Positions 1 to 9,249 of a DNA stretch of 47,826 nt are shown here, one piece after another; within the stretch, counting starts at the first letter, position 1; every line of letters begins with the position of its first letter. The notes beneath the pieces were generated by a model, which searched no databases, was not told the origin of the DNA, and saw nothing but the letters and a program-made list of their open reading frames with translations. Source of the DNA: an uncultured Fibrobacterales bacterium (GTDB lineage: Bacteria > Fibrobacterota > Fibrobacteria > Fibrobacterales > CAWVXU01). The position numbers and the translations under genes were made by a program. The stretch is taken from NCBI GenBank assembly GCA_963934255.1, contig CAWVXU010000011.1:1-47826 (forward strand), in the 5' to 3' direction.

Positions 1-2
1 AC

Positions 3-1493
3 ATTCTTTGTGGCTTGCTGGTTAAAACACAGTACATGATTGAGAAAAAACTTCACAGCCTAAAAACGGTTCCCTCTGCCAATCTTAATGACTCAGGCTC
101 CTACTCAACTCACTCTCACCAAGTCTATTTCAATAAATTGTCGCAATTGGAAATCCTCCAGATTGATTGGGTAGTAGGCCTCAACCTCGACCCTCTCATT
201 TTGGAAATACTGCAAAGTAACGGTTCTCAAATCCTACACTTTGAATCCAATCAAGAACTTCGAGCTAATCCAAACGTACCGGACTACTTTGCCGCCAATA
301 TATGCCAAGTACCCGGCCTTTCAGTGTCACTAAGTATGTCAAAGAATGGTCAAGTATTTGAGCTAATTGAGAACACTGTCTATAATCGTCATTGGTCAGC
401 ATTAAAAAATGAATCTCAATATTTAGAGCTCAGTGTTCATCTCATTGAGAAATACCAAAAGTTGCTCTACTCAAATGAAAAGTTTATCGCTTCACAAGGT
501 TCAAATCATCCTAAGATGTCTCTCAAAATTGGTAACCACTACCCGAGTACTTGGGGTGTCTTAAAATATTCTGCTTCATTCTACAACCGAATATTAAGAA
601 AGCCAATTCGAAAAATTGTTCAAAAAATTAAACCGGTTCGTTTTAATTGTTGGCATCTTATGATTGGCCAAGGTCAACTTCTAAGTCATAACATTAGCCA
701 TTCTGCTGATTCTATCAAGCAAAGGGATATGACTAGGGGCAAAATAAATTTACTCAGCATGCCTAAGAACGAATTTTGGGCTGATCCATTTTTGTTTAAA
801 TTTCAAGGTTCTCTTTGGGCGTTTTTTGAAAACTATTCTTATCAATCTCATCGTGGTAAAATAAGCTGCGGGAAAATTATTGACAACCAAATTGTTGATG
901 TTCAAGACGTTCTCAATCTACCGTATCATTTATCCTACCCTCAAATATTTGAAGAACAAGGTGAAATATTTATGATACCAGAAACTTGTGAAAACAATCG
1001 CGTCGAAGTGTATAAGTGTCTTTCATTCCCAACAAAGTGGGTGCTATATTCTACAGCATTTGAAGGTCAACCTATCTCAGACACAACCTATCATAAAGAT
1101 GAACAAGGGCAGGCATGGCTTTTTCTCAACAAAGGTTTAGGAGCGCAGGTCAATGCAGAGCTATTTATTTATCAGATAAATTCCTTAAAGTTTGAATCAA
1201 TTATCCCACATAAGCAAAATCCTGTATTAATTGACTCAACTTGTGGTCGTAATGGTGGTTCGCTTTTTAGGCACGAAGGCACGTTAATGCGGCCTGCACA
1301 AAACAACTCTTATGGCATCTATGGATATGGTTTTGGTGTCTATCAAATTAATTCTTTGACGGTGGATGAGTTCAAACAAACATTAGTTCAAGAGTTTCAC
1401 CCTAATTTCTATCCTGGGATTTTCTCAACTCATCATTTACATCAGATTGATGATCATTTTATTATTGATGTCGCTTTTGAAAGAATGAGCTAA
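3..1493 (+). CDS. Beta-propeller protein of the GINT1 N-terminal-domain / GH43-like family found in polysaccharide loci; probably 5'-truncated by the window edge
   Basis: The frame is open back to position 3. C-terminal half motifs FWADPFLF, HLSYPQIFEE..IFMIPET, GRNGG and RPAQ match this family. Confidence 0.65.
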   Translation: MLCGLLVKTQYMIEKKLHSLKTVPSANLNDSGSYSTHSHQVYFNKLSQLEILQIDWVVGLNLDPLILEILQSNGSQILHFESNQELRANPNVPDYFAANICQVPGLSVSLSMSKNGQVFELIENTVYNRHWSALKNESQYLELSVHLIEKYQKLLYSNEKFIASQGSNHPKMSLKIGNHYPSTWGVLKYSASFYNRILRKPIRKIVQKIKPVRFNCWHLMIGQGQLLSHNISHSADSIKQRDMTRGKINLLSMPKNEFWADPFLFKFQGSLWAFFENYSYQSHRGKISCGKIIDNQIVDVQDVLNLPYHLSYPQIFEEQGEIFMIPETCENNRVEVYKCLSFPTKWVLYSTAFEGQPISDTTYHKDEQGQAWLFLNKGLGAQVNAELFIYQINSLKFESIIPHKQNPVLIDSTCGRNGGSLFRHEGTLMRPAQNNSYGIYGYGFGVYQINSLTVDEFKQTLVQEFHPNFYPGIFSTHHLHQIDDHFIIDVAFERMS

Positions 1494-1511
1494 GCTACGG
1501 CTTAGAAAAAC

Positions 1512-2417
1512 CTAATACCATACTTTATTCATCAGCCGAGAAAATAAATCAACGAAGCTTCTGATTTCTATTGGCTTAGCTAGTCTAAGCTTGACGCTTT
1601 CCTTGAGTCTTAGGCGGTTACCATCAAATAATGGTCCTATTTCTAAATCATCATCTGCCTTAATCCTCGCCTTGGTTTGGCTTAAATCTATATCAAATGA
1701 CTTTTCTATCATACTTAAACACTCAAGTGGTTCTTGTACATAGTCTTCGTATCTTACTTTTAAAGTTTTATAGCCCATCCCTTTTAGTTTCCAAAGCGTC
1801 AGGCTACTAAATAAATTAATCAAGAAGAAATATATATTAGCAGAAAACCAATGCCGTGAAACTTGTTCTTCTACATTTTTACCAAATGATTGAACTACTG
1901 AAACAGGGTCTCTTACTAAATAAAGAAGACAAAGTTCAAATTGCGTAGTTTTACCTTTAAATACTCGTCCCAAATTAAGGGCTCTTGGTTGATATTTTGA
2001 GCTATCTACAATGTGAGCTTCATTGACTATCTCACTCAAAACCTCAAAAAATACTTCCATCTCTTTTTTATATTGAGATTGTTCACTTTGAGTTTTACGA
2101 CCAAGAAAATTAGTCAGAAATTGTTTCGGGTGTTCTAGGGTTTGATGCCTAGAATGAACCTCTTCAAAATTAATCTCATATCCTAACTTAAGTTCATACG
2201 TTTTCTTAAAATATTTCCAAAATCTATCCTTAGCAGTGCCGACTTCATTATTGCGTGGGATTCCGCCTAGTTCAAAATACCTGGTCAATTCCCCTAACGA
2301 TAAATTTTCTTTACTATTTCCGAGCAATATGTCAAGCATAGTCGTTCCGCTGCGTCCTGCACCCATGATATAAATGAGTTTTCTCTTAGGTAGAGTCGAG
2401 CTGTCGACACCAATCAC
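1512..2417 (-). CDS. PAPS-dependent sulfotransferase (RSGT/S type)
   Basis: 5'-phosphosulfate loop [11 protein letters not shown], then LGE, VDSSK, the 3'-phosphate motif [11 protein letters not shown] and VRYED. 4-bp overlap with the upstream gene. Confidence 0.85.
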   Translation of the reverse strand: MIGVDSSTLPKRKLIYIMGAGRSGTTMLDILLGNSKENLSLGELTRYFELGGIPRNNEVGTAKDRFWKYFKKTYELKLGYEINFEEVHSRHQTLEHPKQFLTNFLGRKTQSEQSQYKKEMEVFFEVLSEIVNEAHIVDSSKYQPRALNLGRVFKGKTTQFELCLLYLVRDPVSVVQSFGKNVEEQVSRHWFSANIYFFLINLFSSLTLWKLKGMGYKTLKVRYEDYVQEPLECLSMIEKSFDIDLSQTKARIKADDDLEIGPLFDGNRLRLKESVKLRLAKPIEIRSFVDLFSRLMNKVWY

Positions 2418-2932
2418 GCATTACCTTCAATTCTTTTTTTAATCACTTTGGCAGGATTTCCACCAGCAATTGAATTCGCAGGGACATCTTTGGTTACAAT
2501 AGCTCCTGCAGCAATTATAGTGTGGGCCCCAATATGCACACCGGGTAAAATAATAACATTTGCACCAATCCAAACATCGTCATCAATGACAGTTGTAGAC
2601 TGAACTTTACCTTGCTCGCACATTGGAATATCAATTCTATCGTGACCATGATTCCTTGAGTAAATCTTCACATCGGGTCCCATCATAATATTCTCACCCA
2701 TCAAAACATGAGACTGAATCATACAGCGAGTACCAAGCTCTGAGCCTGACCCAATACGGATATTAGGCGACACATCTGCATTAAACTTGACGAAAATATC
2801 CTTACCTGCTTCAAGAGCAAACCTGCGAACTAAAAATATCCTTAACTTAGGGAAAAAAAATGCATAGGGTCTATAGATCTCAGGTGTATACCTAAAAATA
2901 GTGATATAAAGTAAATACCAAATATTCCTCAT
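2414..2932 (-). CDS. Hexapeptide-repeat (left-handed beta-helix) sugar O-acetyltransferase
   Basis: [46 protein letters not shown], typical of the maltose/WcaF-like acetyltransferase family. Confidence 0.9.
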   Translation of the reverse strand: MRNIWYLLYITIFRYTPEIYRPYAFFFPKLRIFLVRRFALEAGKDIFVKFNADVSPNIRIGSGSELGTRCMIQSHVLMGENIMMGPDVKIYSRNHGHDRIDIPMCEQGKVQSTTVIDDDVWIGANVIILPGVHIGAHTIIAAGAIVTKDVPANSIAGGNPAKVIKKRIEGNA

Positions 2933-2933
2933 A

Positions 2934-4082
2934 TTAAACCCCTTGGCTCAAATCACGATATAGCTTTAGTTGAGCCCGACAAACACTTTCTAAAGAGAAC
3001 TTATCTTTATTTTTGGTGGCTTCCAAACTCATTTTCAAATAATCCTCTTTACTTAAAGAAATGGCTCTTTTAAATGCTTCGAGTAGTCCTTGCCCGGAGG
3101 TCTCATTACATACATAGCCATTTACCCCATCATTGATTTGTTCAGGAAGCCCCCCCACTGGTGTGACAATAGATGGAACTCCACAAAACATCGCTTCACT
3201 GACAACAAGACCAAAAGCCTCCATACGCGAAGGCAAGAAATGAAATTTCGATTCAAAAAACAATTCTCTTATTTCCGCTTGTGGGAGATTGTTAAATATT
3301 TCAACATGATGAAATTCTTTAAGGCTTTCAATTTGGGCTTGCAAAGAACCAGACCCGATAAAACAAAAATTAAGTCTACCATCTGCAGAAAGTTCTTTCA
3401 AGGACTCTAGTATAAAGTCAATCCCCTTATGGATTTCAAAAGTACCAACAAAGACAAAGTCGTACTTTTTTTGGGAGGCAGGTTTTGAGTCAGGTTTTGA
3501 GTCAGAATCTAGTTCTATACTCGAGGCTGGACTCGATTTTTGATTCAATCGCTGACTCGGGTCAGGATAAAAGATTCGGTGATCCACACCTGCACACAAG
3601 ACATTGGTTCTTGTCATGGACAATTTTTGGTGAACGGCTTTTTCTAAAGCTTTTCCAACGGGAATAGCAAGATCAATAGACTTTGCTAAATAGGTAAATA
3701 TCTTTTGATTGATTCCACCATTAATCTGGGTATTGATATCTCCACCGTGGAATGTTACCATGACTTTTGCTTGTAAGTGAAAAAACTTATAAACCCAGCA
3801 CAAAATAATCAGAGGGTAAAAGTAATGTAAATGGATGACATCATATTTCTTAAAATAATATGGCGTGAATTTAATCAAAAACATAAAATATTTCCACAGG
3901 CTACCAACTGGCCCTGTGAAGCTTCTTTTCATGTAATAGATTTCAACTTTGTCTAAAGTCTCATTAGCGAGATTGGATTCAGCACACATTTGATTTAAAG
4001 ATTCAAATTGATTTTTGACAAATACACCTGCATAAGGCTTGGCCTCAGAAGGGTACATATTTGAAATCAAAAGCACTTTCAT
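2934..4082 (-). CDS. GT4 (GT-B fold) glycosyltransferase
   Basis: [13 protein letters not shown]-terminus, FVGT..HKG and [16 protein letters not shown] (EX7E). The ATG at 4082 forms an ATGA overlap with the upstream stop, so it is preferred over TTG 4094. Confidence 0.9.
   Translation of the reverse strand: MKVLLISNMYPSEAKPYAGVFVKNQFESLNQMCAESNLANETLDKVEIYYMKRSFTGPVGSLWKYFMFLIKFTPYYFKKYDVIHLHYFYPLIILCWVYKFFHLQAKVMVTFHGGDINTQINGGINQKIFTYLAKSIDLAIPVGKALEKAVHQKLSMTRTNVLCAGVDHRIFYPDPSQRLNQKSSPASSIELDSDSKPDSKPASQKKYDFVFVGTFEIHKGIDFILESLKELSADGRLNFCFIGSGSLQAQIESLKEFHHVEIFNNLPQAEIRELFFESKFHFLPSRMEAFGLVVSEAMFCGVPSIVTPVGGLPEQINDGVNGYVCNETSGQGLLEAFKRAISLSKEDYLKMSLEATKNKDKFSLESVCRAQLKLYRDLSQGV
3479..3505. 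repeat. 12-bp tandem duplication (CAGGTTTTGAGT x2) encoding DSKP-DSKP inside a Ser/Pro-rich GT4 linker
   Basis: Directly visible: caggttttgagt caggttttgagt cag. Confidence 0.8.
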
Positions 4083-4963
4083 GAATATTTCCAAAGATCT
4101 AAATCACGACCTAATAAAGTTTCTAGTTCAGCAATATCTTTTTTAAAATATTTATCAAATATTTCTGCTTCACTAATCTGAAGATTAAATTCAAGCTGAC
4201 CCACCTTAGTATTCTTATTTTTAAGCCACATTTTGAATTTTTTACGGATTTTTTCGGACGGCATAAATACTTTACTTACTTTTTGAATAAGCGTAGATCG
4301 ATACAGAACATGATCAATCCATCGATGGCGTGGTATACCAGTATAGTTTGATCTTTGCTCAGTATTAAGGTCAACATGAGAAATTCCTAAGAACTCTTCA
4401 ATATCAAAATACGTGTTTGCTTTGTCTTTAATGTATTCTTCAAAGATGACAATGTGGAAATTTTCAAATGGGAAAAACTCTAGCCATCTTTTAAGTTGAG
4501 CCGCATAATAACCTCGGTCAATGAAACTGATACGAGCCCGAGTCTGATAGTCGGCTTCAGCCAACCGACTCGCTTCTGTTTCAAAAGCCTCTTTAGCACT
4601 TATCGTTTCATTACCCCTAGACACATGCATTTTATAATGTGACAAGGCACGCGTAACAGGGTTCCTTAACATCAAAACAAACTTGGTATCTTTGCCCAAA
4701 CTATCAAATATTCGCTTGGGAACATCGTCAAAGTAGATATAACTCGGGGTCATCTCGCCAATAATTTTCTCACCCTGTACGCCAGAAAAGTATTCTTCCT
4801 GATAGAATTCAATGCCCCGATTCCAGTATTTAGGGTCATCAAAAAAATGCGTCTCTTTGATTGGTGGTAGATAAACATCTGGGTGGTCTTTAAGTACATC
4901 GTACAAAGTAGTTGTACCAGCCTTAGCACTCCCAATACAAATAAAATTTGGATATTTTTTCAT
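4079..4963 (-). CDS. PAPS-dependent sulfotransferase (heparan-sulfate N-/3-O-sulfotransferase-like motif set)
   Basis: [40 protein letters not shown]. Confidence 0.9.
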   Translation of the reverse strand: MKKYPNFICIGSAKAGTTTLYDVLKDHPDVYLPPIKETHFFDDPKYWNRGIEFYQEEYFSGVQGEKIIGEMTPSYIYFDDVPKRIFDSLGKDTKFVLMLRNPVTRALSHYKMHVSRGNETISAKEAFETEASRLAEADYQTRARISFIDRGYYAAQLKRWLEFFPFENFHIVIFEEYIKDKANTYFDIEEFLGISHVDLNTEQRSNYTGIPRHRWIDHVLYRSTLIQKVSKVFMPSEKIRKKFKMWLKNKNTKVGQLEFNLQISEAEIFDKYFKKDIAELETLLGRDLDLWKYS

Positions 4964-5835
4964 TATAGCTTCACCTTATATACATCTTCTAATTGAGCTA
5001 AATCACTTTTAAAATACTCTTCTAAAAGATTTTGGTTTTCTATTTCTGGATTAACGACATTGACTTTATTCAATTCTTCAACTTTGGCAACAAGTCTTCC
5101 TCTAAGCCAAATTTTCACACGGCTAGAAAAGAGTATTGCAAATACCTTTTTAACCAATGAGTTTTTACTCTTAAGGAAATTTTGTAATGATTGAGATTTA
5201 ACGACACTCGCTTTATTGTATTCAACACTTGTGTCTACTTCAAAACTTGAATCAATTCCTAAAAATTCATACATATCCTTCAAGACATCATTTGATTTGT
5301 TTCTTAAATCATCATCTTTGATAATGAATATGTTTTCTTTAGTAAAGTGCTTTGACCATCTATCTAAGTGCTTAGCGTACAAGCCATTTTCAAAATAGTT
5401 AAGGTCATGGTATCTCAATGTATCCATTGAATCTAGATCAAGAATACGGCCCTTGGCCTCTAGTAACGATTGGCATTCTGTCTCCCAACCGTTTTTGACC
5501 GCGTAGTGAAATGCTGAGTTAGCGCGAGTCACAGGGTCTCTCAAGCAAACAACAATTTTCATATCAGGATTGTAATCAGCAACTCGCTGTGGAGCATGAA
5601 TATCAGGAAGCATATGAACAAAACTTGATGCTATCACCTTTTCGTTTTTTACACCACTAAAAAAACTGTGGAGATATTTTACACCTTTTTTGTAAAAGTC
5701 TTGATCGACGAAATACGTAATTTCTTTAATCTCTGAAAAATAAATCTCTGGGTGCTGCTTTATATAATGATACAAAGATGTCGTACCGGCTTTTTGAGTT
5801 CCAATGATCATTAGGTTGACTTTATTATTGTGCAT
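4963..5835 (-). CDS. PAPS-dependent sulfotransferase
   Basis: IIGTQKAGTTSL, KEITYF, LRDPVTRANSAF, NGLY. Start placed at ATG 5835 (MHNNKV), overlapping the wzy stop. Confidence 0.88.
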   Translation of the reverse strand: MHNNKVNLMIIGTQKAGTTSLYHYIKQHPEIYFSEIKEITYFVDQDFYKKGVKYLHSFFSGVKNEKVIASSFVHMLPDIHAPQRVADYNPDMKIVVCLRDPVTRANSAFHYAVKNGWETECQSLLEAKGRILDLDSMDTLRYHDLNYFENGLYAKHLDRWSKHFTKENIFIIKDDDLRNKSNDVLKDMYEFLGIDSSFEVDTSVEYNKASVVKSQSLQNFLKSKNSLVKKVFAILFSSRVKIWLRGRLVAKVEELNKVNVVNPEIENQNLLEEYFKSDLAQLEDVYKVKL

Positions 5836-7120
5836 AATTTTTCCTCTGTGGCCTTTGACCTCTAAGCTCACATAAATTAAGGGCAAATAAAATTGAAAGT
5901 AAAAAAACTAGAAATGAATTACTCAATACGTGTCCTGCTAGGACTGCGGCTATAGTGAGCAAAATGAACGCAAATTTAAAAGAACTATTGAATGAACTCT
6001 TGGGCTTGTGATGTTTGTACCAAGTGTATGCTAAAAAAAGAGTAAAAATGGTAAAGCCAAGCATTCCATAGCGTGCTATAAAATCAACAATATCCAATTC
6101 GGCCGACTTATTTTTTCCCATAATTGGAAACATAAAACTATGGGCATATTGAAAACCCTTACCAAACACAACTTGATAGAAATCTGCATTTAAAAATTCG
6201 GTCGTATATTTATCAAAAAGGAAAACTCGCACACCAAGTAGTATGTCTAATATATTTGTTCTTGACTGTATGGTATAAATTAATCTTCCATAGATACCCA
6301 ATGGTAAGAGATCAAGTATGACGTGTATATAATTCCATATAAAACTAGCAACACCAATTCCACCAATGGTGATGACTGGTATGGTGATGATTCGGGTTTT
6401 ATGAAGTAAAAATGGCATGTAGATAAATGATAAAAGTACTGACCCAAGTGTGGATTTAGACCCAGTTAATATTGCCACCAAACTGACCATAACAACTAAT
6501 ACAAGCGCACCCTTGTCCCTGTATGTAACCCCATAGTATAGGACCATTGGCAATGATACAACTAAATATGCATTAAGCTCATTACCGGCCTGATAGAAAC
6601 CCGAGTATCCGCCACCTTCATAATTCGAAAAAGAGATGCCAAGTGTAAAAGGTAAAAGAACATTGATAGCGACAAAGAATGTGTAAAAAAGAAAACAGTT
6701 TTTAAGTATGCGCCAATCCACTAAGCCTTTGTCCATTAATATTTTTAAATAGAAGTATGAATAAAAAGGTAAGGTTGTTTTTTGTACCCCAGCTAATCCC
6801 TTAATGAAGTACCCTAAGTCTTGATGGAAATAGGCGTTTGATAATTCTACCCACAAAAGGTAAAATACAAACAGCCCAATAGCTATCATCTCCGTTCTAT
6901 ATTCTTTATGGAAAATTGTTCTGATAAATAAAAATGTAAACACTAGAGGCTTACTCAATTGCCCTAAAGATAATGAACCAAGACCGTACTCAGTTTGGAA
7001 AGAGGTTACAACATCTATAACACATATTGTTGCTATAAACAAATAAAGAGACCATTCAACTCGATGGTCCCTAATTAACCCGAGAATGGGTCTATTTATG
7101 AGAGACGACAATCCAGCCAT
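5825..7120 (-). CDS. wzy: Wzy polysaccharide polymerase / O-antigen-ligase-family membrane protein
   Basis: About 10-12 hydrophobic segments, with SGFYQAGNEL, LTGSKS, SAELDIVDFIARYG and AGHV. Located among wzx/wzz. Confidence 0.75.
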   Translation of the reverse strand: MAGLSSLINRPILGLIRDHRVEWSLYLFIATICVIDVVTSFQTEYGLGSLSLGQLSKPLVFTFLFIRTIFHKEYRTEMIAIGLFVFYLLWVELSNAYFHQDLGYFIKGLAGVQKTTLPFYSYFYLKILMDKGLVDWRILKNCFLFYTFFVAINVLLPFTLGISFSNYEGGGYSGFYQAGNELNAYLVVSLPMVLYYGVTYRDKGALVLVVMVSLVAILTGSKSTLGSVLLSFIYMPFLLHKTRIITIPVITIGGIGVASFIWNYIHVILDLLPLGIYGRLIYTIQSRTNILDILLGVRVFLFDKYTTEFLNADFYQVVFGKGFQYAHSFMFPIMGKNKSAELDIVDFIARYGMLGFTIFTLFLAYTWYKHHKPKSSFNSSFKFAFILLTIAAVLAGHVLSNSFLVFLLSILFALNLCELRGQRPQRKNYAQ

Positions 7121-8366
7121 TCTTTTCTAGTTGTCTACTCGTTGCATCATACTGGTAACTTTTAACCACTTTTCGTTTTGGATCAAACTGAGCTATGCTC
7201 TCTTTTTTAGCGAAGATCATGGTTGATGTTTTACCTACAATATGTACTTTGCTGTCATTTTGAACAACATAAAAACCTTCGTTAATCACATTGTGAATCG
7301 TTTTCCATTGTTGGTATCTTGGCTTGGCTACTCCACCTACTTTAAAATATCCAGCTGTACCTCTTTTTTTAGGAACATCGAGTAGTTTCCAAAGATAGGC
7401 ACGTTTGACTTTATTTTTATAACTGAACTTAATCATTTTTAATGTTTGAGTCATATACGACCCTGCATCTAGTTCCTTATTTCTAGCAACCATCTTCTTA
7501 TCAGTCTTATCATTGAGTTTAGCGTATGTCCCATAAGCTGATATCACACTATTTTTTGTGTAGTTGGGCGTGAAGGTGCCCAGGTTTGTTTTTCTAGTAC
7601 CCCAAGTTGTTAAGTACATTGAGTATGATTGAGTAATCCCGTCACGCTTAATAAATTTATCGAAATCCTTGTGCATAGCATTAGCTCTTTCTCTTGGATG
7701 CCCAAAGTACCCTGTCGAATAACCACAACAGGTCATGTCAAAACCGGCCTTTTTTAAGATTGGTCGAACGGTGTTATAGTATTTTCTAAAATCATCTGCA
7801 TCACCCCAGAAATAAAGATTTGCATTGGGTTCGCTGCCAATTTCAAAACTCACCTTTTTTTCGATTCCTTTGGCTTTTACCAAGTTCAACAAATGTTTCA
7901 GAGTATCTTTATAAGCCTGATAATCTGAAGGTGGGAATCTATTTGAAAACTTATAGCTTCTCTTGAGCTTACCCTTGGGCATTGGGGATGTTTTTTTGCC
8001 ATGTTCTTTGTAATAATCTTTGAATTTAGCACCTTTTTCTTTTGGAAAATTTGATAGGGACACTTCAACTGTAAAGCCTTTTTTAACCAATTCGTTTATA
8101 TAAGAAACAATTTCTTCATTGGTTTTGTTGGCCGACCACGGTTCATAAAACATAATATGATCCAAACCATCTTCTTTAAGGGTTTTTAGAGCTGGTGTTT
8201 CTATTGGTACGTCATTAAAGAATCCTAGATTAAATCCGAAATCCATTTTATGAAAGGGTTTCACTTCATCTAGGATTGGATCCCTTGCTTCTACAGGGTT
8301 CTCAACTAGCACATAAGCTGCTATAGCTATAATTAAGGCTATGATGATTTTAACCGCATGTTTCAT
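7092..8366 (-). CDS. Exported or membrane-anchored Lys-rich GH39-like (clan GH-A TIM-barrel) protein
   Basis: N-terminal hydrophobic signal/anchor, then FPPSDY, FEIGSEPN (acid/base motif), YLWKLLD and GYF..GG.AKPRY. Confidence 0.55.
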   Translation of the reverse strand: MKHAVKIIIALIIAIAAYVLVENPVEARDPILDEVKPFHKMDFGFNLGFFNDVPIETPALKTLKEDGLDHIMFYEPWSANKTNEEIVSYINELVKKGFTVEVSLSNFPKEKGAKFKDYYKEHGKKTSPMPKGKLKRSYKFSNRFPPSDYQAYKDTLKHLLNLVKAKGIEKKVSFEIGSEPNANLYFWGDADDFRKYYNTVRPILKKAGFDMTCCGYSTGYFGHPRERANAMHKDFDKFIKRDGITQSYSMYLTTWGTRKTNLGTFTPNYTKNSVISAYGTYAKLNDKTDKKMVARNKELDAGSYMTQTLKMIKFSYKNKVKRAYLWKLLDVPKKRGTAGYFKVGGVAKPRYQQWKTIHNVINEGFYVVQNDSKVHIVGKTSTMIFAKKESIAQFDPKRKVVKSYQYDATSRQLEKNGWIVVSHK

Positions 8367-9249
8367 CTTTTCTCCAGTGTTCTAAATTAAGTCCAGTAAG
8401 ATCTTCAAGATCAGAAGTATCCTCTTGATAATGTTTTTTGAATAATTCTTGTGCAAATATAGAGTCTATTTTTTCTTTGGTGGCATTTGTTGAGCTGTTA
8501 AATTTCATTATCAACTCCCTTACTTTTCTTCTTACTTTCACACCCGGAACTAAATTTCTCATGATTTTTTTTATACCACTTGGTCCGAATACTAATTTTT
8601 GCAATGCCATATTTTTGGGTACAAAGGCTTCGTTAGTTCTATGAGTGAAGTTTAAATCTTCTCTGTCTAGTCCAAGGAAATCTTGAATTTTATCATATGT
8701 TGCTTTGGGGTTTTGAACCAAATCAGTTTCAAAACAAAGAAAAAGCATTTGGCTTTTATCAAAGAATTCTAAGAACTTTAAGATCTGTTTGGCGTAATGT
8801 CCTCGAGTAATGTAACTATACAATCTCTTGGAGTAGGCTTCCTTGCCTAAACTATTAAGGTCTGCATCTATGGCACTCTTGAAATCAGGGTAGTCCACAT
8901 AAGTTCGGCGAGAGTTATGTTGATACTCACTCCACGCCCGATTGACTGGTTGTCTTAAAACAAATACAAGTCGTACGTTCTTTCCAAGAGTGTCAAATAT
9001 TCTCTTGGGCGTATAATCGTAGCACATATAGGCGGGCGTAATCTCACCTTGCATCATTTCTTGATTGGCATTTTTATAAAAATCAAAGTACCAATCCTTT
9101 CCCTTATCAAAATTTTCATGATTATCAAAAAAATGAATCTCTTTTGACTGAGGTAGGTATAACTGGGAATGTTTACAAAGAACATCATGAAGGGCGGTTG
9201 TTCCCGCTTTCGGGGCCCCTACACAAATAAAATGAGGTTTTGTTTTCAC
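8350..9249 (-). CDS. PAPS-dependent sulfotransferase (heparan-sulfate N-/3-O-sulfotransferase-like motif set)
   Basis: CVGAPKAGTT, KEIHFFD, GEITPAY, LRQPVNRAWSEY, RGHY. ATGA overlap with wzx. Confidence 0.9.
   Translation of the reverse strand: MKTKPHFICVGAPKAGTTALHDVLCKHSQLYLPQSKEIHFFDNHENFDKGKDWYFDFYKNANQEMMQGEITPAYMCYDYTPKRIFDTLGKNVRLVFVLRQPVNRAWSEYQHNSRRTYVDYPDFKSAIDADLNSLGKEAYSKRLYSYITRGHYAKQILKFLEFFDKSQMLFLCFETDLVQNPKATYDKIQDFLGLDREDLNFTHRTNEAFVPKNMALQKLVFGPSGIKKIMRNLVPGVKVRRKVRELIMKFNSSTNATKEKIDSIFAQELFKKHYQEDTSDLEDLTGLNLEHWRKDETCG

Noticed and set aside
5836..5886. TTG-initiated extension of the sulfotransferase
   Set aside because: It would overlap wzy by about 60 bp. The paralogues start just before the PSB loop, matching ATG 5835.
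2853..8572. A8/T8 homopolymers in the acetyltransferase (2853-2860) and sulfotransferase (8565-8572) genes as phase-variation tracts
   Set aside because: Runs of this length are expected in AT-rich DNA and also occur in galE and ompA. Frames are intact and there are no long poly-G/C tracts.
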